Of a stretch of 64,000 nt of DNA, positions 10,741-24,637 are shown piece after piece. Position 1 is the stretch's first letter, and every line of letters starts with the position of its first letter. The stretch comes from Octopus sinensis (lineage: Eukaryota). Where the stretch lies: assembly GCF_006345805.1 (NCBI RefSeq), contig NC_042997.1:140120001-140184000 (forward strand). The letters run 5' to 3'. The translations under genes and the position numbers were made by a program. Below the pieces are notes generated by a model. The model made no database searches, was not told where the DNA came from, and saw only the letters and a program-made list of their open reading frames with translations.

Positions 10741-13700
10741 CTGACTGAATCTATAGCTGATTGCTATAGCTGATTGCTATAGATTCACTCACTACTGTGT
10801 TCAGTCGCTAACAGAGACACTGTTTCTTTTGTGTGTTTCTTCTACTGTTACTACAACTTTCTGATCTTCTGAAGTAGCTAGTTCTATACTCCTCCTACCT
10901 AAATATACTTAAGTTGGCAGCAAATTGGTTGCACTGTTAGAGCACAAGTTCAAGACAAAATATGACATCTGTTCCTATTCTCTGTGCTCTAAATTCAAAT
11001 TCTACCTTGCCTTTCATTCTCCCTGGATCAGCAAAATAAAATCCAGTTTAGGACAGTAAATTGGCAAAATTGTTAGAGTGTGGGACTGAATAGACTGGAT
11101 ATAGGTTCAAAACAATGGTCCCTCTGTGACCAGCTATAACTTTTAACTTCCTTAAATATTATACACCTTCTCTTACAACTAAGTTCTGTTCTGACTCACA
11201 TGTTGTAAGTCAATCTGATTGTATTTCAGATTTATATTTTTCAATACTATTTTCATTCAAATGCAACTGATGCTTGAAAGTGACTGAGTGAGAGATAGTA
11301 GCAGGCAGTAGATGCTTGGGTCTGAGGGAGGCCTGCGTTGCCAGATGCTGGCATAGTTATTATGCATGCAGCTGCCCTATGTCCAAAAATCGATTTTTTT
11401 ATTTATTTATTTTTTTGCAGTTGTAAGTTGCATAGATTGTAAGTCGAGAAGGTGTATATATAAAGTCATACAGAATAAAAGGAAAGCTCCTGGAATAGAC
11501 TGGGCCATAACTCAATAGAAGCAGACGGTGCAAACTTTGCTTGGCTGAGAGGGCAAATATCCTAAAAAATTCACTCAATCTGGGCACCTTGTTAAATTCA
11601 GAAAGTGAAGCTTTTAGTCAGTGTCCTTATGGTAGAAAATTCTTTCTGGAAATGTGGGCTACCCTGCTTGCTGACTAGTGAATGGAAAACGTACATAAAC
11701 TGACCCTTTTCGAGTACTGTTGGAATCATTCAAAGGGTAGTAACTCTATATTTTCCAGAATGGTTTTATTGTTTAAAAAAAAATTTTTGTAGTTTCAAGT
11801 GGGTTTTATTTTCACACAAAGCTGACCAAGATTGTATTTTTACTCCCAAGAGCAAGTCACCTATATTGCTAAGTGCAATAATAGACATGAAACCAATGGT
11901 AACTTTCTAACTGGCCATAACCAATGACTACATAAAATATATGTGCATGGATATGTGTGTGTTGTGTATCTTTGTGTCTATGTTTGCACCCCATCATTGC
12001 TTGTCAACCAGTGTTTGCTTGATTATGTCCTGGTAACTTAGTGATTTGGCTAGGAGAGATTGATAGAATAAGTACCATGCTTAGAAAATAAAATAAGCTC
12101 TGGGTTGATTTGTTCAGCTAAAACCCTTTAAGGCAGTGCCCCAGCATGGTAACGGTCTAAAGAATGAAACAAATAAAGGACAAAAGATTAAATCTTTTGT
12201 CTTTGACCACAATTGATAGGGACAAATCTGTAAACTTTTGGATATCTAGTTCGAGACACTATATCTAATTTAGAAAGTAAGACCTAAACCATTAATTGAC
12301 ATTGACATTTATTATTTTGTTTTATATTTTGTTTTATTAATGCCTTTCATTTTTCAAGTGTGTAATATTAAGAAAGCTTAAGGCAGTGAGATGGCAGAAT
12401 TGTTAACATGCCAGGCAAAATGCTTAGCGGTATTTCATGTCTTTACGTTCTGAGTTCAAATTCCTCCATAGTCAACTTTTCCTTTCAGGTTTGATAAAGT
12501 AAGTACCAGTTGAACATTGGGATCAATGTAATCAACTTATCCCTCCCCTGAAATTGCTGGCCTTGTGCCAAAATTTAAAACCAATATTAAGTAAACTTGA
12601 TAAAACATTTCATTTCCCCTAAAAGTGAAATGGGTTTATCCAGTGGATTACTTTTAGATACAATAACACTCCTAGGTATGACCTTAACCTGTAGTGGGTC
12701 CCTGGCTTGTGAGTTCCAAGGTTTTGAAGCATGTGGAACCACCTCTTAGCCATTATTGCTCCCAGGTCTGCTCTGACCTAGAGTAGTACCACATGTTAGG
12801 GTCCCAGCTATGGATTAATTAGCATGTCATGGAATTACCTTTGGAAGAAAGACCCTCACAGACACCCCTATGGACCTAGAGCAAGTGGGGCCTTTCAGCT
12901 CTTTAACTGCTCATTGAAAAAAAGATAACTCCATAGCTAATCCTGCATCCAGATAACCATTCTTTTCTTTTTTATTTTCTAGTGGTGTAATCGGATATGT
13001 CCAGATTGGATGAACAAAGGAAAAACAACCTTACCAAATGTCTCTCTTGGAGAAAATTTTAGGGTTTCTAGAAGACTCTTATGTAAGATTTAACTATTTA
13101 CTTGGTAATTGTTTAACTGCACCTCCATGCATGTTCACACATTACATTCACCACTACCTCCATCTTTCACCTGTTACTTGCCCTCACTCTCTGTGACAGC
13201 ATCTGGTCTCTCCTCCCCACCTATGACCCACTGTCTTTATCCTCTCATGCCCACCTACTTGTACCTTGAGAATTTGTTCTGGCATTCAATCACAACCTTC
13301 CTTTATCTCCTTCTCAATTACTCCCTCCCATCTCTATATATAATGGGGAGTAGTCATGTATCTCCTCTATAGCAAGACACCTGTGCTTGTCCTTGTATCT
13401 TACTTTAGCCTTTCAACATATAACCACCTTCTCCTCTCAAATGCTCCCCATTTAGTTGTGGGATTTTAGCTTTTGCTCTCCTTAATCTTCTTCTGTTTTT
13501 CTGCAAGTTACTTTGCAACCTCTTTAGTGCCACTAGTATGAAAAAAATTAAGCTCCCAGTACACTCTGTAAAATGGTTAGCATTACAAAGAGCATCCAGC
13601 TGTAGAAACCATGCCAAAGCTAGCATTGGAGCCTGACATGGCATTACAACTCTGTGGAACATGTGAAACCATTTAACTCATGCCAGTATAGAAAGCTAGG

Positions 13701-14429
13701 TGTCTCAAAAAGTGCATCCGGTACATTCTGTAAAGTGGTTGGCATTAGGGTGGGGTATTCAACCATAGAAACCATGCTAAAGCAGACACTAGTGCATGAT
13801 GTAATCCTCAGACTGTCAAATCATCCGACTCATGGCAGCATGGAAGATGGACTAAAAAAAAGTGATGATGATATATATATAACATGGGCTTTGTAAAGGA
13901 ATAGATAAAAGTGTTTATAAGTGACCCATTAAACTTGTTGGAGATTAGCATTCTAGTGCTGTTTATACTGTAGATGGGGTTGTGCTAGAAAGTATTGTAC
14001 CTTACCCAAAACGAAGGAACAAATGAAAATAACATGGTTTACAGAAGACTTTGGTTTGGCTGAGGACAATTTATCTGATGCCAATGGCATTGTGAAGTGA
14101 ATCCGGTGTATGTGATAAAGCAGTTTGTATTAGAAAGGGCATCTTGTTACATTAAAAGGGATAAATGAAGACAATATGAGGTAGAGAGTACTTTTTGGTG
14201 TGACATAGACAACGTCTATCATATTCATCGCATGATGAAATGCACTTTGTAAAGTGGTTGGTGATAGAAAGTCATCCAGCCATAAAACCATGTAATAAAT
14301 AACTTACATACCAATTTTGCTGATTTTTCTGTAATGTGTGTTAGATTTTGAAGGAACATAAGTTGTGAGATGCTATTAAACTTGTCTAAATCAGAGTAGC
14401 ATTTTGTATATGGCATTTAGGTTCTGTTG

Positions 14430-15350
14430 GAGTGCATAAATATTATCCTTTGTCTTGATCTCTGGCATCACTTTAGTTTTGGCTGCATAGCTGCTGAATA
14501 TATTTTTGCCTATGTCTACACTACAAGGAACAAGAAGAGACTCAGAATTATACTTCATAGTACTCTACTCATTACTGCAGACTTTCTTGATTGAACTTTG
14601 TTGGATGCCAACATTTAACTTCAGTCTTTCAGAAAATCATAGATCTGAATGTGCAATGTTTCAATTATGCTAAAATTTTTCTGCTGGTGAGATAAGATTC
14701 TATGGTTGTCAAAGGCTTTGGCAAAGTCAAAGAATATTGGAGACATCTCATGATGTAGATGACAAACTGTTCAGAATTTAGATGTGTTTATTGTAGAAGT
14801 AGTGTCAGACAGTTTCTTCTTGGACAAAAACCAAGTTTGGAATTATCAAAAATCTTTTGTTGATATAAATAGTTTTTTATTCTTCTGCATATTATATTCT
14901 CAAGAGTTTTTGAAAGGTGAGATGTGCCACAGATCTGTAATTGTTTATCTGTGTTCTTGTTTCCTTTATAAATCAGTACTGTTATAATAGCTTCTTACCA
15001 CATTTCTCATAGTTGTCTAGCATCTAAATATCTTTGACAGATTATTTTCATAGAACTAACAAGACTGACTTTGCAAGATTTTAGAAATAAAGCTGAAAGT
15101 CAATCTGGTTTGGAAACTGAGTTTATATCAAGACAGCTTATTAAATTGATTACGTTCAGTTAACTTTATATCTATTAGGTTATTGACAGATGGAATATAT
15201 CAGTATGTTCAATATACTGCTCTTTCTCTGTCTGAGAAAAGATGCTTGCAGTCTAAGCATATGGCAAATTCAAAAACAGTAATCCATACACATACCATTT
15301 GGACATTGAACCAGACTGGTTTTTAAATTTAAGATGAGAAGGTCATATGC
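14430..15350 (-). pseudogene. Decayed CR1/L2-clade LINE reverse transcriptase fragment
   Basis: Minus strand IFFDFAKAFD (DFAKAFD motif) and SSYAAKTKV (decayed YADDTK); many stops. Confidence 0.6.
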
Positions 15351-15551
15351 AGAGTGGTAACACAAAACTTAAAGTAATGATAGTATGCAATCTCAGTTTT
15401 AAATGTGGTTATTATATCCTTTTATCCTTTCCAGGTTGATAAAAATAAAGTATTTTTGGGGGAGTAGTATGGCCTTGTGCCAATCTTAGAAATCAGTAAA
15501 ATTATGTTTAATTCAAATGACTAAATTTGTAATATTTTTGTTTGATTTCAG

Positions 15552-15653
15552 ATGAAGAATTTTTTGGACTTCCAGGATTTTTACCATTGTGACATTATCA
15601 CCCATATTTTCGTGCAAACCCTTTTTGATACTCCAAGAAAGCAGTTTTTGTAA
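15552..15653 (+). CDS. Alpha-arrestin probable terminal exon
   Basis: ttttgtttgatttcag|ATG; phase-0 frame MKNFLDFQDFYHCDIITHIFVQTLFDTPRKQFL* followed by AATAAA at 15851. No homology support; an unseen intervening exon would change the frame. Confidence 0.5.
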   Translation: MKNFLDFQDFYHCDIITHIFVQTLFDTPRKQFL

Positions 15654-15850
15654 CTGACATTTAATGACAAGATCTATTTATATATTTATACATAGATATT
15701 TAAAAATTGTTTTCTTTGCTTACACACGCATTTCACTTTGTTAACATGTAACAGAGTTACAATGTCAAATCACTTTCTAATGGATCTCACATGACTCACA
15801 TATATTCTTTATGTTCTATCATGAAATGTAGCATACATTCCTATTATATA

Positions 15851-15856
15851 AATAAA
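15851..15856 (+). promoter_or_regulatory. Candidate polyadenylation signal of the arrestin gene
   Basis: AATAAA about 200 nt after the stop, followed by a TTTGTTGTTG GU-rich stretch. Confidence 0.4.
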
Positions 15857-17199
15857 TAATTCCATTTGTTGTTGAATCCCAGGTCAGCTTTGAGTGAGCA
15901 GACCTAGAGTGAAAAATATTCCAGCTCTGACCATCCAGTCTTTCTTTCAGATATATACATTAACTAAGTCATTCATAAATTATGACCCCTCCTATTCGTT
16001 TAATGCTGACATATTTATATTCTAATTAGTTTCCATTGTTGTTTCTCTTATGAGATCATATATAAATGTTAAATATATCTCATAAGTTGTAAGGGAATTT
16101 TTAAGTGTAGGTTGCTTTCACAAGGTTTTATGACATAAAATGGATGAGTGACAATTTTTTTCAAATTAAACCATTGGTTTATTTAACTTGGAGTCAAATT
16201 TCACTCAAATCACACCTTACCATCCTAAAAATATAAAGATTGCAACATGCTGTCTTAGATAAAGTATGTTTGAAGAAAAAAAGGGATGTTCATAGCTGGA
16301 ATGCTTTTGATCATAAGTCTGCTGGATCAATACTGGCCTGGGACTAATCAACACTAATAACAATTTCACAAGTAACATTCTCAGAAAATCTCATGCATAT
16401 TTCCAACAGAAATATAAATATTCTGCCCAGAGTCACAATGAAATGACAGAAGCAAAATTAAACACATGATCTATAAGTTTGTAGTCTAATACATTATCCA
16501 CCCTACCATTCTATCACTATGTAAGGTGCTATAGTCAAGAGAAAAATTATAGATACTTGAAAATGCCATTCTTTGTTAATAATAATGATTAAACAAGAAT
16601 GTATTATCTCTGATGCTTGGGTTAGCAAAACCATTACCAGTTTCTTTAAAAGTAGGGGTGACATAGCAAAGATAAGTAAATCATAGATTTTTATAAAAGA
16701 GTTTTAAAAAGTAATAGTTGTAGAGAGAAAGTAATTGCTAAATTAGATAATATAGCAGATTGTTTCTATAGGGATAGGATGTCACAGATGTCCTTTTTCT
16801 AGTGAATTTTAAGAAAAACTACTTAGCAAAGAACAGTTTGCATTTTTCTGTAAAATGCAGGTTACATGCCTATTTGACAATATGAGGAAGCTACATATGG
16901 ACAAGTAGTTTTAAGGATGTCTTGAAGTTATAATCAAAATCCTCTCATTACACAGCCACAACAACAACAAGTATAAATTATGATGATGATATTACTCTCT
17001 TCGCAGGCACCATCTAAGATGCTACCTTCCTTCTGCATGACTTTGAAAAAATGGTAGCAGATATTAGTAGATAGGTCAATATCTCAATATTTCTGCTACT
17101 ATCAGGAGGGATCAATAGGCACAATCACACAATACCTTGTAAAATTTATAGACTCCTTTGTATATAGGAAATAACATCACATCCACAGCTAATACAGTA

Positions 17200-17660
17200 A
17201 AAACAAATGTCCTCTGAAAGCATGGGCTATTTTTGGTTTTAGTGTCATTTGGAAGTTATCACTTCCTGATGATCTTAAAAGAAGCTTATTCTATGTCACT
17301 TCTGAATCAGTGCTTTTGTACAGGTCCACAACCTGGACACTTTCTAAGCACCTGAAAACAAGGCTTAATGGCTATCACACCTGCCTATTATGGGTAGTTC
17401 TGAATGTTTCATTGAAAAAGCATTCATCCAAACAAAGACCATATGGCTGTCTTCATGCAATTTCCAATATCATTAGAGAGAAAAGCATGTGTTTTGCAGG
17501 ACATTGTTGGAGAGCTAAACAAAAACCTATTAATGATACATTCCTATGGACATCTTGACACAGATATACATGTGTTGGCCATTCAGCAAAATCCTTCATC
17601 AACCAGCTTTGTATAGGTACTAGATGTTGCCCTGTCGATTTCCTGAATACCATGTGGTAT
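17200..17660 (+). pseudogene. RTE-clade LINE C-terminal fragment
   Basis: LLYRSTTWTLSKHLKTRLNGYHTCLL...IREKSMCFAGHCWR matches RTE LLYGxxTWTL...RLRFAGHCWR. Confidence 0.75.
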
Positions 17661-18639
17661 TATGTATGATTGGTGGTATGATTGAGTCACAAAGATCTGA
17701 ATAAGCTTGACTAGATGATTGACCAAATGATGTAAAGATAGCAAAAGGAAGATTAAGATAATATTAAAAACTTCATTAGTAGCTGTTACATTATGAGTTT
17801 GACTTTATAAATCAAGAAGAAATAGTTCACTACTTTAGATGTATCACATACACTAATCTAATGAACTGTGCAAAGAACTAATGACTAAATACCCAGAGTT
17901 ACCCCTATGATTTTATAGAAATAGCTATGTTACTTAGGTAATCTAATTAGAGGACTTACTTTGACTAACGAGGAACTAATCGAGCTTGATTAGTTGTGTG
18001 TGATAATGCTGATAATATATGTTGCTTTTTGAAAGAGGAAATATATCTGTCTGTCTATCTATATATATGTGTGTGTGTGTGTATATATATATATGTATAT
18101 ATATCAAAGACCAGTTTCACTCCTTGTTCTGTTTTCATTTAATTTAATTTTTAATTGAATAAAATTTTGAAGTTTTCTCCCTTTTCTTCTTTGAAGAAAA
18201 TTGTCAGTTATGCTGATGACTTTTTTTTCATTGTGGGTTTAATTTTAACTGATGAGAAATCACTTCTTGGTTCATAAAATATGTTAGCCTGCATGTAACC
18301 ACCTAACTTTATGTCTACTTTCAAAAGAGCCTTGTGATGGAAATTCAGATCTTGAAAGTATAAAACCTCTGACCATATATTCTGCATTGATAACTATAAA
18401 CAAGTAGCAATCTGTCTTCCAAGTTATCTCTAGCTGATCTCCTAATGGTTACTAAATACATAATTTTACATGCAAACTCTGAAATTGGTCTGTCAAAATA
18501 AAAAAAAAATTTATAATGTTAATAAATTGAAGAGATTTCAAGTTAGCTGTTTTAGTGGTTTTGATGTTGATAGTATTTTAGCTTCTGTTCCATCTATTCA
18601 TCTCTGCCCACAATTCCTGGGTGGGTCATAGGGTAGAGT

Positions 18640-19260
18640 CCTCAGGCACCTCTTCCATAGGGTCCTATCAGAAGCAACTGTCATTACATTTTCCAATTGG
18701 ATTCCCAAGCATGACCAACAGCAACTGTGGGTATTATCCAAATATCTCATTATCTCATTCATGGTCTACTAGGTTTCCTACCAGTTGGCTCAGTTTGAAG
18801 AATCTGTCTTGTGTTTTTTTTTCCCTCAACATTCTAATCACATGTCCATAGTACTGAGCTGTGACTCTCTATGTGAAATAGCAGCTCAATCTCTGAGTTA
18901 TGCATCCAGTTGAGTCACATGACACCAGAATTCCTTCAGAGGAACTCCATTTTGTCTGCTTGTATTCAAAATTGTACTCTTTTGGGCATCACCTAGCATG
19001 CATGACTGTAGGTGAGGATTTGCACAAAAACCAAATTGAAGATAATGAGTTTGGCCTTTTTACCAACCGTTTCTGACGATCAAATGCGGAAACTGGTGCA
19101 TTACTGTGCCTGCAATTCTAACATTCAGTTCAACCTCTCCTGCTTCTCATCACTTGTGAATATGGCCTTGAGACACTTAAACTTCTGCACTTGTCTTGGT
19201 GATGTTCTACTAACATACAGGTTGCATTGGGAAGACTTTCTTAAGAAGACTAATGTCTCA
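18640..19260 (-). pseudogene. RTE (Expander/Rex3-like) LINE C-terminal fragment
   Basis: QVQKFKCLKAIFTSDEKQER ... KAKLIIFNLVFVQILTYSH ... IQADKMEFL corresponds to QVEEFKYLGVLFTSEG...KAKLSIY...LTYGH...IQAAEMSFL. Confidence 0.7.
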
Positions 19261-19750
19261 GTGTTTGCAACATTACTTCTAATTGCTATTGGATATTTAA
19301 AAAAAAATGACATGGTAAAGTTAAATCAAGCACTTTCAAACCTAACATTTTTAAAAAATAAATTCTCAGATTAATTAAAATAAATAACTTCCAAAATAAT
19401 ATTCACCTACAACTAGCACTATGAAACTGAAAGCAACTTTATCAGTGGTGGAGGTGTACTAAGTTTCGTTCAGTTCCATCCCTTCTCTTTGAATGCAAAT
19501 CTACTATATAAATGTGAGTGTATGTGGTTTATGTATGTGTGTTTAGCTCTAATAGGCTCTGAAATAGTGCGTCTTCAAAAAAAGTATATGATTTTCAAAG
19601 TCTGTGTTCCAAAGAGAATGTTGTCTGTAAATATTAATAATAACCTATAATTTGATACGAGAAATAACTCAACTATTAGATCTACAAATCTCACACTCTG
19701 CATCTGTCACCATCAATCTATCTCTCTCTATATATTTACCATGCTTTTTG

Positions 19751-19813
<63 letters not shown>

Positions 19814-20083
19814 CAGAGATGTACTTGCATAGCAAGTGACTTGATCTGAGGTTGTATGCTGAAACAAATACAATTGCAGTGTGGAAGGTGTTTATAAGCT
19901 ATTTAAATACACGCAAAAACCGTTGGATTCACTTCAATATTTGTTGAAATATTTTCGTCTCTTTGAAACCATGACCTATCAAAGTGACAAAAATATTTTA
20001 ACAAATTAAATTCAAATGTTGAAGTGAATCCAACGGTTTTTGTGTTTTTTTTAATAGCTTGTAAACACCTTCCATGCAACAAT

Positions 20084-20085
<2 letters not shown>
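19814..20085. mobile_element. Palindromic MITE, left terminus present
   Basis: Terminus CAGAGATGTACTTGCATAGCAAGTGA and long internal inverted arms; same family as 39066-39361. Confidence 0.7.
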
Positions 20086-20167
<82 letters not shown>

Positions 20168-20170
20168 GTG

Positions 20171-20219
<49 letters not shown>

Positions 20220-20221
<2 letters not shown>

Positions 20222-20523
20222 AGGCGCAATGGCCTAGTGGTTAGGGCAGCGGACTCGCGGTCGCAGGATTGTGGTTTCGATTCCCAGACCGGGCGTTGTG
20301 AGTGTTTATTGAGCGAAAACACCTAAAAGCTCCACAAGGCTCCGGCAGGGGGTGGTGATTCCTGCTGTACTCTTTCACCACTCTTTCTCCCACTCTTTCT
20401 TCTGTTGGCCTGCTCGCTTAGCCAGCGGGGTGGCGTCATTCGAAGGCTAAAACAATGCGAACGCATTGTGACCAGCGATGTGTAACAACATCTGATGGTC
20501 TGGTCGATCACGTGATCACGTGA
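20220..20523 (+). mobile_element. tRNA-derived SINE family D
   Basis: A-box TGGCCTAGTGG, B-box GGTTTCGATTCC, (CACGTGAT)n tail; CpG retained. Confidence 0.8.
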
Positions 20524-20883
20524 TATATATATATATATTAACTCTCATGTATTACTTGCATTTTGTTTAAAATCTCATCTTTTAAATGTTTACTTTCATT
20601 TTATGACAGCTATCAGATACAACTGTTTTCTGATTGGGTAAACATGATCGAACTTTAAACCTCTGTAATATTTTTCTAAAATTTTTCTGGAATAAATGAA
20701 TCACAAACTCAAGTTCAACATGTAGAAGTACATCAATATACCAAATTTGAAAATTTTTACTTAATTATAAAATTTCAAAACCTGTGACAGCAACAGAAAA
20801 GATCTCTCTCTCTCTCTCCCTTTCTGTTTGTCTATCTTTTTCGTTTTCTCAAGATAAACTTTCACACTCTCTATTTGTGTGTT

Positions 20884-21080
<197 letters not shown>

Positions 21081-23412
21081 GTGTGTGTGTCTGTGTGCGT
21101 GTGTGTAAGGAAGTTTATTAGTGCAACAGAGTAATTTTAAAAAGTATGTAAAAGATAATTTATTTTTACAGTATACGTTTGTGTTAGTAAATATATTTTT
21201 TCTTGCACACACACACACACACACACACAGACTTGCTATGCGTGGGGTGGTGGATTAAAAATTTAAATTACAAAATTTGTTGTTACTTAAATTCCAACAA
21301 TGGACCACCACATCATCGTTGTTTCATGGAGAGAAAAATATTTTTTAAAATCAGTATATGTCAATAACAAAGAAATGAGAAAAATATCTTGTGGTTGTGG
21401 AATATGCTAGAAATAACAGTTAAATCTCCTTTAAATCACACACCTTTATGTCTGAAAATTATTTTGAAATTATAAATGGAAACAAATTGCAGATTCAAAC
21501 TGTTTATATTTTAAAACTGATTTAGAAAAATTTTGAAAAAAACTGAAAATTTAGGATTTGTAGGGGGCAGCAGGGTTAATGACAAATTAAAAATAATTTC
21601 AGCATTGTTTTTAAATTGCATTTCATTTTTTGTTTGAAAATAAAGGAAGTGGGGATTGTAATAGTGATCACTGATTTCCAAAACTTCTTTTTTTCTGTAA
21701 TCTTAAAGGTTTCTCCCATCATTTTAAGTATATAGTAAAAAAAAAAAGAAAAAAAAAGCATTGGCCAAAGTCAGTACTGAGTGGGAGAGGGGGAATTAAA
21801 AAATTGATAAATTTTCAAAACTTTTTTCTTTACTGAAAAGGTGTCTCTCACTATTTTTAAGTGTGTAGCACAAAGAAAAAAAAATGGACAAAATCAGTCC
21901 AGAAGTGGAGATAGGGGATTCATAAATTTTCAAAATTTTCTTTCATAAAAAGCTTTCCCCATCATCATTTGCAAGGGTGACTTGAAAAAAGAATTTGAAA
22001 AATCCATATCAAAATGGAAAAAAAATCCAACTTATGTGGTTGAGTCTGCCTAAGTAATCTATTGTGAAAATTACCAGACAGTGACAGGATACTCAGCTAG
22101 TGTAAGTATTTTCTGAGATCCCTATAAATTCCTGGTCCTGAATATGATGTACATTTTTGTAGGCTTTGTCTTCTGAGGTTATATTTTGTCAGACTTTATG
22201 AAGAAAAGCAAGTGTTCTAATTACTGTAATTATCAAACATATTTTTTAAAAATAAAATCTGGAGTCCAAACAAGCTGATGGTGGTTTATCAAGAATAATC
22301 ATTTAGTAAACAAGTCTTCCTCTAATGAGCAGTTATTACAAGGGAGATAATTATTTCTTCATAATTAGAAATTTGATTGTGAAATTAAGGAATTACAAGG
22401 AAAAAGTCTCAGAGAATCCACATCTTTTACTTATTTCAGTCATTCGATTGTGGTCATGCTGGGGCACCATCTTGAAAAATTTTAGCTGAACTCATCAACC
22501 CCAGTTCTTTTTTTTTTTTTTGTTAAATCCTGGTACTTATTCTATCAGTCTCTTTTACCAAACTGCTATGTTACGGCGACATAAACACACTAACACCAGT
22601 TGTCAAGTGGTGGTGAGGAACAAATACATACACAATGACACACACACAGGCTCACGGATATATATGTGTGTGTGTGTGTGTGTAAATGGATTAGTGTGTT
22701 TGTAGTGAAGGCTGTTATTTGTGTCTTCTGGATCAACAAATGCAAAGTAACTGACAGATGTGAGTGTACATTGAAGTTACTAAGTCTAGGGGTAAGATGT
22801 AAAAGGTCACCACATGTAGTGTACAAATGTAAGGTTCTCACCTCTGAGGTACCAATCATCATGCAGCTATAAAGTTATTTGATGTAGAAATAGCACTTCT
22901 TGTTCCATGTCAGCTGGTTATATGTAGATAGTCAAACATAAGATGAAACAATGTAATAGCAACATCAAAGAGAAAAGAATAACATTCACAAATTTATTTG
23001 CCAGCAGTGGTTGGTTAAATATTCAGTAGTAATTGACAATAGCAATGATGGCTTGCTGGTAGTTGGCAGTATGTGATTTGTGCATTCAGCTGAGAGAGGA
23101 AGAAAGGTTGTCCTTTTCCATTCAGCTGATGCTATGCTGTGCAGGAAGCTAATTGCTCTTAGTTGGAGGTTTGTCAACCAAAGAGAGAGATGGTCTCAGT
23201 TATATAAGGTATGGCCCAGAAATAAATAAAACCTAAAACAACAGACTGAGCCTTCCATGACTAGCAAAGGTCTCTGGAGGTCAGGTGTTTCTCATTAATC
23301 ACCCAGTATGGAGATAAAACTCAAAGGAATCAGACAATTGTCTGACAAGTAACTAGTGTGTAGATTTGGTTTCAAATCTCAGTTAGACAGGGCTAAGTGA
23401 GCTCCTAATATA

Positions 23413-23808
23413 TACTCTTTACTCTCTTTTACTCTTTTACTTGTTTCAGTCATTTGACTGCTGCCATGCTGGAGCACCGCCTTTAGTCGACCAAATCGAC
23501 CCCGGGACTTATTCTTTGTAAGCCCAGTACTTATTCTATCGGTCTCTTTTGCCGAACCGCTAAGTGACGGGAACGTAAACACACACCAGCATCGGTTGTC
23601 AAGCAATGCTAGGGGGACAAACACAGACACACAAACACACACACACATACATATATATATATACATATATACGACAGGCTTCTTTCAGTTTCCGTCTACC
23701 AAATCCACTCACAAGGCATTGGTCGGCCCGGGGCTATAGCAGAAGACACTTGCCCAGAACCATGTGGTTGGTTAGCAAGCTACTTACCACACAGCCACTC
23801 CTGCGCCT
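23413..23808 (-). mobile_element. SINE-A with a small internal deletion
   Basis: GACACTTGCCC joined directly to AGAACCATGTGG. Confidence 0.85.
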
Positions 23809-23861
23809 TATATATATGTGTATATATTTATTAGAAGGTTTGGAGATGATGTACAGGTATT

Positions 23862-24114
23862 ATATATTAGAAGAAATGAGGTACTCAGAAATTTGGATGG
23901 TTTTATATTTGCAGATATTAGTATGTTACATGTTTTTATAAATCATATATCATATATTACCGCTTTTGCCCACTCTAGTGGAGTTTTCAAATTTGACAAC
24001 TCCACTAGAGTGGACGAAAGCGCTAATATATGATATATGATTTATAAAAACATGTAACATACTAATAAATATCTGTAAATATAAAGCCATCCAGATTTCT
24101 GAGTACCTCATTTC

Positions 24115-24126
<12 letters not shown>
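23862..24126. repeat. Near-perfect foldback (~125 bp arms), probably Penelope-derived
   Basis: Arms are reverse complements around the axis TCAAA/TTTGA (23991/23992). Confidence 0.85.
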
Positions 24127-24146
<20 letters not shown>

Positions 24147-24150
<4 letters not shown>

Positions 24151-24588
24151 ACAGGATTAGGTTTGGTAACACTGGAGGGGTGTCCGATCTGATCCCATCA
24201 CATACAATTTAGGTAGAATAACAGAGACAAAGTCAGGCGGTCTACGATCACAGTAAGTGGTGGTTTATTCTCGATTACAAGCAGATACTAGTGCACATGT
24301 TCTCTAGTGGGAAACCGACAGCCGAATCCGCAGGACTGATTGCTATGCTTTCTTGTTGCGAGTCAAACGATTCGTCGGGTTCACTCCCGCTTCGTTGGGG
24401 TGAGGTTCTCAGAGTGAAAGCCAAGACACGTCCATCCCCTAGCACCGCTTATGCCAGAAAGGAAGGTTTAGCGATCCGCGTTTCAGGTTTCAGTTCCTGC
24501 ACATGCACATGAGGGAAACTTCCAGTGGCCAACTAGAAGTAATCCAATTCTGCGCATGTGCACTGAACCTTACACAGTAGCGTCACTA
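24147..24588 (-). mobile_element. Probable solo LTR inserted in (TA)n
   Basis: ~440 bp GC-richer block; minus-strand end ...GTTACA with AATAAACC about 120 nt upstream; other end TAGTGACG; no ORF. Confidence 0.5.
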
Positions 24589-24606
24589 TATATATATATA
24601 TTATAT

Positions 24607-24637
<31 letters not shown>

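Noticed and set aside
12983-13093. Alternative arrestin exon after a strong acceptor
   Set aside because: Translates to ...CPDWMNKGKTTLP, which resembles a non-LTR RT motif (PDW..KG.TTLIPK). More likely a retroelement remnant.
19012-19374. 120-aa plus-strand ORF
   Set aside because: Antisense to an RTE LINE fragment.
20220-20295. tRNA gene candidates (also 21013, 37729 and SINE-A/B heads)
   Set aside because: A and B boxes are present but there is no complete cloverleaf, and they continue into SINE bodies.
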